NCBI RefSeq assembly: GCF_964213995.1
Contig: NW_027590151.1
Coordinates: 744,001-808,000 of the forward strand
Reading direction: 5' to 3'
DNA from: Mustelus asterias
Taxonomy: Eukaryota
DNA: 64,000 nucleotides
Shown: piece after piece, positions 23,677 to 35,850 of the stretch
How the letters are laid out: each line of letters opens with the position of its first letter
Position numbering within the stretch: position 1 is the stretch's first letter
Position numbers and translations under genes: made by a program
The notes under the pieces: generated by a model
Told to the model about the DNA's origin: nothing
Seen by the model: the letters and a program-made list of their open reading frames with translations, nothing else
Databases searched by the model: none

Positions 23677-25679
23677 CCGGCAACGTTGGATTCTGTTGTT
23701 TCTGCGCCCTGAGATAAACAATAACAATTGGATCAATAGAGGAGGCAGTGGCACAGTGGGATTATCACTGGACTCAGGGTAATGCTCTGGGGACCCAGGT
23801 TCGAATCCCACCACAGGCAATGGTGAAATTTGAATTCAATTAAAATCTCGAATTAAAAGTCTAATGACAAACCTTAACCATTGTTGATCGTTGTCAAAAC
23901 CACTCTGGTTCAGTCATGTCCTTTCGGGAAGGAAACCTGCCATCCTTACTTGGTCTGGCCTACATGTGACTCCAGACCCACAGCAATGTGGTTGACTCTC
24001 AAATGCCCTCTGAAATGGAGGGCAGTTAGAGATGGGCAAGAAATGCTGGCCCAGCCAGTGACGCCTATATCCAGTAAAAATTAATTTAAAAAAGTTCCTC
24101 AGTATCTCAGTAACCTCCTCCAGCCCCACAACACTCTGTGTAAATACAAGTTGTTGCTGATTATGCCCTGAGATAGAAAATGTGAACCCGATTCCCCTCG
24201 TCCACCAACACAGCAACTTCTTCATAAAAATTGAAGCACATGGGATTGGGGCGAATGTATTGAGATTGAAAACTTGTTGGCAGACAGGAAATAGAGTAAG
24301 ATTAAACAGGTCTTTTTCCAACTGGCAGGCAGTGATTATTGGGGTAATGCAGGATCAGTGCTGAGACCCCAGCTAGTCACCTGCCATGGGTCTGCTGTTT
24401 TATTCCCCCTGTTTATTATGCATCATTTCTAAATTGCTGCTTCTTAATATTCTGATTTAAAACCATGGATAAGCTCAAACCACTTTTGGATAACCTGTGA
24501 CTCCCTGATCAAGAATCTTACCGACCACTGCATGCCATTCTGGTCACCGTATTATAAAAAAGATATCTCTGCACTGGAGAAGGGTACAGAGATGATTTTG
24601 AATGATGATACCAGAAATGTAGAAAGCAGCTCACCACCACCTTCTCAAGGTCAATCAGAGGTTAGCAATAAATGCTGGCCAAGCCAGCGATGTCCACATC
24701 CCATAAATGATTTTGAAACTGTGTGTTTGGTTATCCATCAGGAAAGGATTGACACGCTCACGCTTTCTTGAAAAATTAAGGCTGAGGAGTAACCTAATAG
24801 AGGGCTTCAAAATTATAAAAGGTTTTGAAATAATGTTTCTTCTTTTGGAGAAAGGCAAAACTGGAGACCATCAATACAAGACAGTCGCCAAGAAACCCAA
24901 TAGGAAATCCAAGATAAATTTCTCCACCCAAAGAGTGGTGAGAATATGGAAATCATGACCACAGGGAGTGAAATGAACAGCATCGATGTCTTTCAGGGAA
25001 TGCTCAACAAGTATTTGTGTGTGATTTTATAATTCATTCAGGATTTATTTCAAAAAATCTAAGAACAATAAAGTAACAGGAGATATTTTGAGGCATCTGA
25101 GAGTCTGTGTGTGTGAGGGTGTCTGTGAGTGTCTGTGTTACTTCTCATTGGTTTCACACCAACCTTCCTCTTTCTGAGCAGACATTCTGGCCCCTGATAA
25201 ACCCATTGAGTGATTTGAATGGTACAATTCAGAGATTCTTCGTCCAGGGTGAAACCACAGGCTGACTGTGTGCTGTGTAAAACCAGACATCTACACAACC
25301 TAATCCCACTTCTCCTGGAACAACGTGAAGTGACTACAATTTTCCAGATTGATTTTTTTGCTCTCAATATTCTTTCAGATAATTCATAAATTCCATGAGT
25401 ACGTTATCCTTTAACACACCTGTGGTGTCCAGTTTAAATACTTCCCTCAGTCTGACCAACACATAGCAATGGGATTGCCACTATTACAGGAATCCATTCT
25501 GTAAATCTGATTCCAAGGTTCTCTGGAGTAATGCAGTGATCCAGACTTTCCCACTTAACACCAATCCATATCCCTATCTGAGTTCCAGATTTTAACATGA
25601 TTTTTCAAAACACAGGCAGCAGGGTGGCACAGTGATCAGCAACGCCAGGGACCTGAGTTCAATTCTGGGCTCAGGTATT

Positions 25680-26155
25680 ACAAGTAAGCTTACATTAACA
25701 CTGCAATGAAGTTACTATGAAAATCCCCTAGTCGCCACACTCGGCGCCTGTTTGGGTACACTGAAGGAGAATTTAGCACAGCCAATGCACCTAACCAGCA
25801 TGTCTTTCAGACTGTGGGAGGAAACCTGAGCACCCGGAGGAAACCCATGCAGATACGGAGAGAACATGCGAACTTCACACAGACAGTCACCCAAGACCGG
25901 AATTGAACCGGATCCCTGGCACTCTGAGGTAGCAGTGCTAACCACTGTGCCACAGCTCTCTGTGTGGAGTTTGCACGTTCTCTCTGTGTCTGCATAGGTT
26001 TGCTCAGAGTGCTCCAGTTTCCTCCCACACTCCCAAGATGTGCAGGTTAGGTGGATTGGCCATGGCAAATTGCCTCTTAGTGTATGGGTTAGGGGTAAGC
26101 CGAGGAAGAGTCGGTGAGACTCGATGGGCTGACTGGCCTCTTTCTCCACTGTAGT
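25680..26155. mobile_element. Two HE1-like SINEs back to back (reverse copy 25680-25953, forward fragment 25950-26155)
   Basis: SINE consensus in both orientations meeting at ~25952. Confidence 0.75.
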
Positions 26156-26554
26156 GATTCAAGAAGAAACATTGTTTAAGATCTTTGAACCTGATTCAGC
26201 ATACCTCTCCCTCACAGCACATGAATTTTTCTCTCAGATCAGTTGTTCCTTTATAGTCTGTGTTGTTCTGAATGATGACAGTATTAACCTTATCCAAACC
26301 TGCCCTAACCCTCTTGTCGGTTCATTTACTGAAACAAGGGTCTGTTGTTTTAATGGTGACAATCCCTGTCTGCTCAGTTATTCCTTTAACTCAGCCCTAC
26401 AATTGTTGTGAATTGCTCTCTCATGCTCCCACATTTCAGTGACAAATGTTGATCTGTTTGCTCCGAACCCACTGGGCTCCATCTGTTTAAAGCCACAAAC
26501 AGAAAGGTCCAGTTTTCTCCTGGAGTTTGACACAGAGCAACTTTTAAAATGAAG

Positions 26555-26805
26555 GCAGCACTGCTGCCTCACAGCGCCAAAGACCCGGGTTCGATTCCCG
26601 GCTTGGGTCACTGTCTGTGTGGAGTTTGCACATTCTCCCTGTGTCTGCGTGAGTTTCCTCCGGTTTCCTCCCACAGTCTGAAAGACGTGTTGGTTAGGTG
26701 CATTGACCCGAATAGGTGCCGGAGTGTGGCGACTAGGGAAATTTTACAGTAACTTCATTGCGGTGTTAATGTAAGCCTACTTGTGACTGATAAATAAACT
26801 TTACT
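26555..26805 (+). mobile_element. HE1-like SINE subfamily with GTAAGCCTACTTGTGAC..AATAAA tail
   Basis: SINE body plus the alternative tail, also seen at 32543-32835. Confidence 0.8.
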
Positions 26806-26819
26806 TCGATGCAGAGTTT

Positions 26820-27050
26820 CAGCCAATGAGGGAGCTCCAGGCTCCCCCCCGCCATTCACTCCCATTGGTTGGAGGACCAGCCGCTCCCGCTCGGTCCTCC
26901 AGCCCCGCCCCATCTTCCTATTGGTCCGGAGCTGCCGTCAATCAATCCCCGGGCATTGTGAACGGGAGCATGCGCAGTGCCGATACTGGAGCGATGTTGT
27001 TGGAGGGAAATTGACAGCGATTCAGATTCAGAAACTGGAGGTGAGCGGGA
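26820..27050 (+). promoter_or_regulatory. Copy of the ZNF promoter/first-exon module
   Basis: ATTGG, GGAGGACC-N14-GGTCCTCC, GC box, GAGCATGCGCAGT and donor GAG|GTGAGC at ~27041; homologous to 32030-32200 and 46255-46390. Confidence 0.7.
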
Positions 27051-27519
27051 GGAATGGGGCCGGGATTTGGGTTTGAGAGGGTAAATAAACACCCTGTGGA
27101 GGCTGGGAATCCAGAACTGGCAGCTACAGACCCCCTGTTCGCATTGTTCAACCGCAGTTGCATTTCTACAGCAACTTTCAGGACCACAGGATCTCCGAAA
27201 GCATTTTACAGCCAATGAAGTAGATTTGAAGTGTAATCTAATAGATCATTATATTGTCATGGTTGGATCAGATAACATCTTACATTTACAGACTTGCATT
27301 TACATAGCATCTTACACATCCACAGTAAGTCCCAGAACATTTTACAGCCATTCTGAAGTGTAGTCACTGTTGTAATTTAGGAAATGTGGCAGCCAATTTA
27401 CACACAGCAAGAGCCCACAAACAATGTCTGTTGATGTGTTTTTAGTGATGTTGATTGATAGATATTGGCCTGGACTCGGGATAATTCCCCTGCTCTTCCT
27501 CAAAATAGTGGGCATGGGA

Positions 27520-28530
27520 TACTCAATAATTTGATAAAGTGGATTCAACATTGGCTCAGTTGTAGGAGACAGAGGGTGATGACAGAAGGCTGCTTTAGTA
27601 ACTGGAGGCCAGGGTCCAGTGGCGTACCCCTATTATCATTTATATAAATGACATAGTTGATTATGTGGGGGATAGGATTGGTAAGTTTGCGGATGACACA
27701 AAGATTGGCCAGGTGATCTGCCCAAGACCGCAAAGAACTACAAAAGATCGTGAATGGAGCCCAATACATCACGCGAACCAGCCTCCCATCCATTGACTCT
27801 GCGACACTTTCCGCTGCCTCGGCAATGCAGCCAGCATAATTAAGGACCCCACGCACCCTGGACATTCTCTCTTCCACCTTCTTCGTTCGGGAAAAAGATA
27901 CAAAAGTCTGAGGTCATGTACCAACTGACTCAAGAACAGCTTCTTCCCTGCTACTGTCTGACTTTTGAATGGACTTACCTTGCATTAAGTTGATCTTTCT
28001 CTACACCCCAGCTATGACTGTAACACTATATTCTGCACTCTCTCGTTTCCTTCTCTATGAATGGTATGTTTTGTCTTATAGCGTGCAAGAAACATGTGAC
28101 AATAACAAATCAAATCAAATCAAAATCAGTGAGGGTGAGTGTCTTGGGCTACAGGAAGATATGGACAGAATGGTCAAATGGGCAGATAAGTGGTAGGCTG
28201 AGTGTGAGGCGATACACTTTTTGGAAGGAGTAATTTGACAAGGAAAAATTCAGTGAACGGCATGACACTAGTAAGCTCTGTGGAACAAAGAGACCTGGGT
28301 GTGATTGTCCATAGATCTCTGAGGAGAGAAGTGTATGTTAGTAGGCTGGTGAAAAAGGCATGTAGGACACTTGCCTTTATCAATTGAGGTATAGATTACA
28401 AAAGCAAGGAAGTCATGTTGGAGTTGCATAGAACTGTGGTGAGGTCACTGCTAGAATACTGTGTCCAGTTCTGGTCGCCACATTATAAGAAGGATGTGAT
28501 TGCGTTGGAGGGGGTGCAGAGGAGATTCAC
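27520..28530 (+). mobile_element. CR1 fragment with a nested Rex1/Babar-type 3' fragment (27715-28125)
   Basis: WIQHWLSCRRQRV, KFADDTKI, LEYCVQFWSPHYKKD; the nested piece ends in (CAAAT)n. Confidence 0.8.
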
Positions 28531-29069
28531 CAGTGAAGGTGAGTTACAGATGAAAGGGACAGTATCAAAAGAGAGAACCATTGACAATATTAGATAATGT
28601 GGGGAAGTTGGGTTATCAGTGGTTTAGAGGGTAAAGGGAGATGAAGGGAGGTCTCATGGACAAGATGAGCAGTGAGAGGGTTTGATGGGAGGTAGCAGAA
28701 GAATTGGAGAAAGATGTGAGTTCAGTACTTGGAAAAAGGGAAATTTCAGAGAGAGTTTTGTCTGGTGGTCCAGTGGAAGGGAGGGAAGCAGCAGAGGCAG
28801 CTGATCAGATTGTCTCAATCTTAGAGACAAAGAAGCTCCACGAGCTCCTCACACTTGTTGTTGAAGATGAGGATGGAGGAGACGGGAGAGCGGCCCTTCA
28901 AAAGGAGAACCATTCACACATTTTTTAAAAAGACAACAGCGAATACATTAACACAAAGACGGTGTATTTGAATTTTGTCCAGAATATTCGCCTCTATAAC
29001 TGGCCTGAAGTTTATTAACATCAGCAGGTGCAGACCATAATGTGACTGACAACAACATCCAATCTCCAG

Positions 29070-29939
29070 TTATTTATGAACTTGCTGGTGTCTCAGCAAT
29101 GCGGATGACTGAGTGAATCTCTTCCCACACTTGGCGCAGGTGAATGGTCTCTCCCCGGTGTGAACCCGCTGATGTACAGTGAGATGAGATGATCGCCTGA
29201 ACCCAGTCCCACAGTGAGAGCATCTGAATGGTTTCTCGTCAGTGTGAACTTGTTGATGGGACACCAGTTCCTGCGAGGTTTTAAAACATTTCCCACACTT
29301 CAGACACTTAAACGGTCTCTCATCAGTGTGGCCTCTTTGGTGTGTAATTAGGATGGATGAATTAACAAATCCCTTCCCACACTGGGAGCAGGTGAATGGT
29401 CTCTGCCTCGTGTGAACTTGTTGGTGTGTCAGCAGGGTGGATTTGTGAGTGAATCCCTTTCCACACTCAGAGCAGGTGAATCGCTTCTCCCCGGTGTGAA
29501 CTCGCTGGTGTGTCAGCAGCGTGGATGACTGAGTGAATCCCATCCCACACACAGAGCAGGTGAATGGTCTCTCCCCAGTGTGAATTAGTTTGTGTTTAAT
29601 CAGGGTGGATGACTGAGTGAATCCCTTCCCACACAAAGAGCAGGTGAATGGCCTCTGCCCAGTGTGTGTGCGCTGGTGATTTTGCAGGGTGGATAACTTA
29701 GTGAATCCCTTCCCGCAGTCCGAGCAGGTGAACGGCCTCTCCCCGGTGTGACCACGCCGATGGGTTTCCAGCTGGGATGGGTAATTGAATCCCTTCCCAC
29801 AGACCCCACATTTCCACGGCTTCTCCCCATCATGACTGCATTTATGTTTGAACAGGCCAGATGATTGGTTGAAGTCTTGTCCACAAACGGAACACGAGTA
29901 AGGTTTCTCCCCACTGTGAACGGTGCTTTTTCCTTCCAT
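29070..29939 (-). CDS. C2H2 zinc-finger protein, 10 fingers ([13 protein letters not shown] subfamily)
   Basis: AACATGG start at 29939, 10 CxxC/HxxxH units, acceptor TCAATTTCACAG at ~30049. Confidence 0.9.
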   Translation of the reverse strand: MEGKSTVHSGEKPYSCSVCGQDFNQSSGLFKHKCSHDGEKPWKCGVCGKGFNYPSQLETHRRGHTGERPFTCSDCGKGFTKLSTLQNHQRTHTGQRPFTCSLCGKGFTQSSTLIKHKLIHTGERPFTCSVCGMGFTQSSTLLTHQRVHTGEKRFTCSECGKGFTHKSTLLTHQQVHTRQRPFTCSQCGKGFVNSSILITHQRGHTDERPFKCLKCGKCFKTSQELVSHQQVHTDEKPFRCSHCGTGFRRSSHLTVHQRVHTGERPFTCAKCGKRFTQSSALLRHQQVHK

Positions 29940-30329
29940 GTTCAAAATCCGATGATATTCCGGTCACAAAAAATTAGGCGACTCTGTGAGATCCTGATGT
30001 GGAATTTGGTTTCAGTTTCCCAACTGCAAATCCTAATCTTCTAAGACACTGTGAAATTGATTTAAAACAGAAAAAAAGGGAGTGAGAGAGAACGCACAAA
30101 AACAGGCTGTGAAATTGAGCTGAATGAATGGGGTCATTTGTGGGGCCGGCATTAAGAAGAAGTGACCATGAAAGCTGCTGGATCGTCATAAAAACCCAAC
30201 TGATTCATTTATGCTTCAGGGAAGGAAACCTGCCGCCTGGTCTGGACTGACACATGAACCAATATCTATCGAAGGGGTGAGAGAGAGGTGGAAGAAGCAG
30301 AGGGTTAAGGAGAGGGTTTCTCTACATCT

Positions 30330-31480
30330 ACATCCTGACCAGAATCTCCTAATCTCTCAACCTCCACCATTTAGCTGGACCAGGGTAGTAGGTGCATGTG
30401 AAGATCATTACCTCCTAGTTCCCCTCCAACTCATACAACATCCTGACTTGTCTGACATCAACTACTGCATGAGCAGAAGTTTCCAGCATTTGAATATCGG
30501 GAAGACTGGAGTCACTGTCTTCAGTCCCCACTACAAACTTCACCACCCTCACAACTGACTCCGCCCTCTCAATGTTAAATATCTGAAGCTGAACTAAGTT
30601 GTTCACGACCATGGTGTCTTACTTGAGAAGAGTTTTAGACCACATATCCACATCATCACCAAAATCATCTGTTTCCACCTCAGTAACATCCCCCAACTCT
30701 GCCTTCGCCTCAGTTAATCATAGAATCTCTACGGTGCAGAAGGAGGCCATTCGGCCCATAAAGTCCACACCGACAACAATCCCACTTCAGCCCTATCCCC
30801 ATCGCCCCATGTATTTACCCTGCTAAACCCTGACACTAAGGGGCAACTTAGCATGGCCAATCAACCTAATCCACACATCTCTGGAGTATGGGAGGAAACC
30901 CACGCAGACACAGGAAGAATGTGAAAACTCCACACAGACAGTGACCCAAGCTGGGAATCGAACCTGGGTCCCTAGCACTGTGAGGCAGCAGTGCTAACCA
31001 CTGTGCCATCATGTCGCTGCAGAATCCATCATCCATTCCTTTCTTACCTCTCGACTGAACAATTCCAATACAGTTCCAACCGGCCTCCAACATTAAGCAA
31101 CCCCCTCCAAACTATCCTAAACTGCCCATGTGCTTACTCACACCAAATCATGTTCATCCATCGCCCCTATGCTTGCTGATCTACAAATGCTTCCTTTTAA
31201 GAAGCATCAGATTTTTAAAATTCTCATCTTTGTTTTCCTCCATGGTTACAATCATTCCTGTGTCTGTAATCTTCTCCAGCCACACACTCCTCTGAGATCT
31301 CAACGATAATCTAATTCCTCTTGAGCATTCTCAGTTTTAATCATTATACCATTACAAATCATCCTTTCAGTTGCACAGGCCACAAGCTCTGCAATCTCTT
31401 CTTTAAATCTCTCTGCCTGTCCATCACCTCTGCTTTCTTTAAAACCCACCTCTTTGACCAAACCTTTGGTCACCTGTCCT
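30330..31480 (+). mobile_element. Old L2-type LINE fragment split by a SINE (30718-31008, -)
   Basis: LSDINYCMSRSFQHLNIGKT resembles the L2 RT LSDI..WM..NFL.LN..KT motif. Confidence 0.65.
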
Positions 31481-31689
31481 AATATGGCTCAGTATCAAAT
31501 ATCACAGTATAATATTTGTGAGAAAATGTCTGAGGCTGTTTTATTATGTTAAAGACACAATATGAATATAAATGATTGCAACTGCCCTGATATCGTTGTT
31601 CTCGTCAGTAAGAAATTGGAATTGAAAGGGTGAAGCAGTTTGATGGTCAAGTTATTCACATTCTGTCAGTGGTCATTCCAAAACAGTGC

Positions 31690-32280
31690 CCCAAACAAAG
31701 ATGGCGACCGCGCATGCGCTGTGTTGCTGGTGCGCCGACTGAAGACGGCGACTGCGCATGCGCTGTGTTGCTCTTGCCCCGATGACGATGGCCCTGATGA
31801 ACCCGGGTCTGTAACTGGGAGAATGCTGAGGCCCTGCTCTGCGCTGAGGGCCGGGACCATCCTCTGATATCGCTGGGTTCTTTTCAAGAGTTCTCAGTTT
31901 ACGTAACATGTTTACGACGCCTCTCCAAACCCCCGCCTGGTCTATCGCGTCCTCCGCCCCGCCATTCCCACCTTTATTGATTGTGGATCCGAGAAAGAAT
32001 GTCTCCGCCGCCATTAACCACACTGCGCATGCTTCACTCAGCCCCGCCCCTCATTCACTCCGATTGGTCGGAGGACCAGCTGTTCCCTCACGACCGTCCA
32101 GCATCCTCTCCCTCTATTGGCCCGGAGCTGCCGTCAATCAGTCCCTGGGCATTGTGAGGTGTCGGGTGAGAGGTCAGTGCCGAGGGGCGGGGTTTACAAT
32201 GAACATCCTCCACTCTCCCTGTTCACCGCTTCCGGCTTCTCCCCTCAAACCATCTCCAACAAAGAGAGAAGGGGACACAC
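31690..32280. promoter_or_regulatory. CpG-rich bidirectional promoter between the 29939(-) and 33575(+) ZNF units
   Basis: YY1-like AAGATGGCG (31698), GCGCATGCGC at ~31710 and ~31754, CCAAT/GC module at 32030-32200. Confidence 0.72.
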
Positions 32281-33574
32281 TGACCGAGTGACAATGTCAC
32301 TGCATTAGTAATCCAGAGAGACAGCACAATGTTCTAGGGACAGGGCTTCAAATCCATTCAATGAATACAATTTACAATTTAAAGTTAGTCTCAGTGAGGG
32401 TGACTGAGGCTTCTCTGAGAAAATCTCCACACATTCCATTCTGGGCACAAGATTCAGATTCCTGTTTTGTCACAAGGTATGAATGAAATTATGTTCAGTT
32501 TGTTATTTTTGTTAAAATTGGGTTTTTTTGTTAAATTTGACAAATGGTACAGTGGTTAGCACTGCTGCTTTTCAGCGCCAGGGACCTGGGTTCGTTTCCC
32601 GGATTGGGTCTGTGTGGAGTTTGCATGTCCTCCCCGTGTCTGCGTGGGTTTCCTCCGGGTGCTCCGGTTTCCTCCCACAATCTGAAAAATGTGCTGGTTA
32701 GGTGCATTGGCCATGCTAAATTCGCTCTCAGTGTACCCGAACAGGCGCTGGAGTGTGGCGACTAGGGGATTTTCATGGTAACTTCATTGCGGTGTTAATG
32801 TAAGCCTACTTGTGACTAATAAATGGAGTTTACTTTAAAAGGATCTGGAAAAAATTATCTAATACTTAATTTGGATATCCAGAGAGTGTGTGGGATGGGA
32901 ATTTACAGATTTGGGGGAACAAGAGAGGATAAAATATTCCAGAGAAACTAGAATTGTCTGTTCAGAGTTTCTGTCCTGGACTGACATTTGGTTACATTTG
33001 TAAACCCCATTGACAGCATATTAGAAGCGGAGGATTTGTGGAGAAAATATTTAATTAAGGATCAATTCAGGGTCAAAGTCATTTGGGGAATGAAAGTGAA
33101 AAATATTCCACCAAATGAGAACTGTCTGTTCTGAATTTCTATCTTGTACTGACAGTGATGACTTTTTAAACAGTCCAAAGATGTGCGGGTTAGGTTGATT
33201 GGCCAAGCTAAAAATTGCCCTTAGTGTCCTGGGATGCGTAGTGGGTAAAATATATGGGGGTAGGGCCTGGGTGGGATTGTGGTCGGTGCAGACTCGATGG
33301 GCCGAATGGCCTCTTTCTGTGCTGTAGGGATTCTAGGATCCTAAGATTTCTAAGATAAACTCCTTTATCAGGTTATTAGAAGCAGAGGATTTGGAGATAG
33401 GAAATGCAAACCAAACATCACATCAACATCTGATGCTCAATGAATCAGAGTGTGAGTATCATTGGCCTTTGAATGTGGAGGGAAGATTGTTTTAACAAGT
33501 TGCATAGCCTTTAAAATATTTCAACATTTGAAGCAGATAGAATCCACGTGTACTGTGTACGAGGCTTGAACTGA

Positions 33575-34201
33575 TCAACCAACCTGGAGAGAAACAAGGA
33601 TACCAGCACCACAGGGAAACCGTGTAAATGTGGGGATTGTGGAAAGGGATTCAAGTATCCATCCCTGCTGGAAATTCATCGACGCAGTCACACTGGAGAG
33701 AAACCATTCACCTGCTCTGTATGTGGGAAGGGATTCACTCAGTCAACCACTCTGCTGAGACACCAGCGATTTCACACAGGGGAGAGACCGTTCCCCTGTT
33801 GTGTGTGTGGGAAGGGATTCACTCAGTCATCTGAGCTTCTGATACACTGGAGAGTTCATACTGGAGAGAAGCCATTCACCTGCTCTGTTTGTGGGAGGGG
33901 ATTCACTCAGTTATCCCAGCTGCTGACACACCAGCGAGTTCACACTAGGGAGAGGCCATTCACCTGCTCTGTGTGTGAGAAGAGATTCACTAATTCATCA
34001 AACCGGCTTACACATCAGCGAGTTCACACTGGCGAGAGACCATACGTTTGTTCCATGTGTGAGAAAGGATTCACAACTTCATCCAACCTTTTGACACACC
34101 AGCGAATTCACACCCGAGAGAGGCCATTCACCTGTTCGGTGTGTGAGAGGGGATTCAGTCAGCTAGCCCACCTGCTGACACACCAGCAAGTTCACAAGTG
34201 A
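33575..34201 (+). CDS. 7-finger C2H2 ZNF frame lacking the family ATG (ACCATGG became ACCACAG); pseudogene or non-AUG start
   Basis: Frame is open from the TGA at 33572 to 34201: [24 protein letters not shown]... All 7 fingers intact; the first Met is in finger 6. Confidence 0.6.
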   Translation, partial: STNLERNKDTSTTGKPCKCGDCGKGFKYPSLLEIHRRSHTGEKPFTCSVCGKGFTQSTTLLRHQRFHTGERPFPCCVCGKGFTQSSELLIHWRVHTGEKPFTCSVCGRGFTQLSQLLTHQRVHTRERPFTCSVCEKRFTNSSNRLTHQRVHTGERPYVCSMCEKGFTTSSNLLTHQRIHTRERPFTCSVCERGFSQLAHLLTHQQVHK

Positions 34202-34954
34202 CTGAAGGGTTTGGATTCCACTGATGTTGCTGGCGTTCATCATACCCAGGACTGAACCATGTTCATTCTGACAATTCAGGTTTGTCTCTCTGATGTGACC
34301 AACCATAGTTCTGGCTGGAGTTTAAGATTCTAGTTAGTTAACTGATTGTGTTCTTGGGCCTGCAGCCTCCCTTTAAGAATATGTGTCTGTGATCATTCCC
34401 CTGAATTCAGAGAATTCCACCAGCAATCAGTTTGCCACAAATATTGAACTTTTACTTCAATCCTAAATTGATCTTTGGTTCAAACTCGACAATTCACTGT
34501 CTGAGAGGTTCTACTGATGAACATCTTCAATTAGAAAGTGCTGATTAATCCTTGCTGACAATTCTTACTGACCTGCACATTACACACAGTGAGAGCTCCG
34601 TTATCCCCCAGAAAGAAGGGGAATGGGAATTGGTGGAGAATCAAGCATTCCCAAATGTTACCCCTCCCGTCTGGTACAGAAATCCCCTTGGCCCGGGAAT
34701 GAAGACAGGTCCAATTGAAATAACAAACTGGTGTATATCTTTTATGAAAAAGGGGCTACAAAATCATCAGATAGGAGAGATTGGTGTCAATCATATTGAG
34801 TAAACAAGTAAACTAAATCAAATTAACTGAGGGGAGGGGATTGGTGTCAGTGACTGTGGAGTTTACATCAGTCAGCAGGAGATTGGTGTCAGTGACTGTG
34901 GGGTTTACATCAGACGGGGGAAGATTGATGTCAGTGACTGTGGGGTTTTATATC

Positions 34955-35216
34955 ATGATGTGGAGATGCCGGCGTTGGACTGGGGTAAGCACAGTAAGAA
35001 GTCTCACAACACCAGATTGTCTGTACCTTTAAGACCTGGCTGGCTGTAGAGATTTGCATTCTAATCAGTATTCTGTAACTTGATTTTGTGTCTCTGTGCA
35101 CTGTTGGAGACAGATATCCACTCCATCTGACGAAGGAGCAGCACTCCGAAAGCTTATGGTATTTGCTACCAAATAAACCTGTTGGACTTTAACCTGGTGT
35201 TGTGAGACTTCTTACC
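34955..35216 (+). mobile_element. Short Penelope insertion with inverted termini and 12-bp TSD
   Basis: GTAAGAAGTCTCACAACACCAG / CTGGTGTTGTGAGACTTCTTAC inverted; GGGTTTTATATC at 34943-34954 and 35217-35228. Confidence 0.8.
35123..35159 (+). ncRNA. Minimal type I hammerhead ribozyme (PLE-type)
   Basis: CCAU-CUGACGA-A-GGAG(cagca)CUCC-GAAA-GCUU^AUGG: core boxes, stem II, palindromic AGCU stem III, stem I CCAU/AUGG. Confidence 0.8.
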
Positions 35217-35430
35217 GGGTTTTATATCGGACAGAAGGAGATTGGTGTCAGTGACTGTGGGGTTTATATCAGACACGAGGAGATTGGTGTCAGTGTGGGG
35301 TTTATATCAGACAGGAGGAGATTGGTGTCAGTGTGGGGTTTATATCAGACAGGAGGAGATTGGTGTCAGTGACTGTGGGGTTTATATCAGACAGGAGGAG
35401 ATTGGTGTCAGTCACTGTGGGGGTTTATGT

Positions 35431-35850
35431 CATGATGTGGATATGCCGGCGTTGGACTGGGGTGAACACAGTAAGAGTTTTAACAACACCAGGTTAAAGT
35501 CCAACAGGTTTATTTGGTAGCAAATACCATTAGCTTTCGGAGCGCTGCTCCTTCGTCAGATGGAGTGGAAATGTGCTCTCAAACAGGGCACAGAGACACA
35601 AAATCAAGTTACAGAATACTGATTAGAATGCGAATCCCTACAGCCAGCCAGGTCTTAAAGGTACAGACATGTGGGTGGAGGGAGCATTAAGCACAGGTTA
35701 AAGAGATGTGTATTGTCTCCAGACAGGCCAGCCCGCAAGTCCAGGAGGCAAGCTGTGGGGGTTACTGATAATGTGACATAAATCCAACATCCCGGTTTAG
35801 GCCGTCCTCATGTGTGCGGAACTTGGCTATCAGTTTCTGCTCAGCGACTC
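35431..35850 (-). mobile_element. Penelope-like element 3' end
   Basis: Homologous to 1298-1690, including TTTAGGCCGTCCTCATGTGTGCGGAACTTGGCTATCAG (GIY-YIG C-terminus). Confidence 0.85.
35527..35563 (-). ncRNA. Minimal type I hammerhead ribozyme (PLE-type)
   Basis: Reverse strand CCAU-CUGACGA-A-GGAGC(agc)GCUCC-GAAA-GCUA^AUGG. Confidence 0.82.

Larger units (their letters stand above)
34770..35430. repeat. 42/38-bp minisatellite (GGAGATTGGTGTCAGTGACTGTGGGGTTTATATCAGACAGGA), ~8-9 units
   Basis: Units at 34841, 34883, 34925, then ~35242, 35284, 35322, 35360 and 35402. Confidence 0.9.

Noticed and set aside
34770-35430. CRISPR-like repeat array
   Set aside because: Tandem units without unique spacers, vertebrate context, no cas genes.
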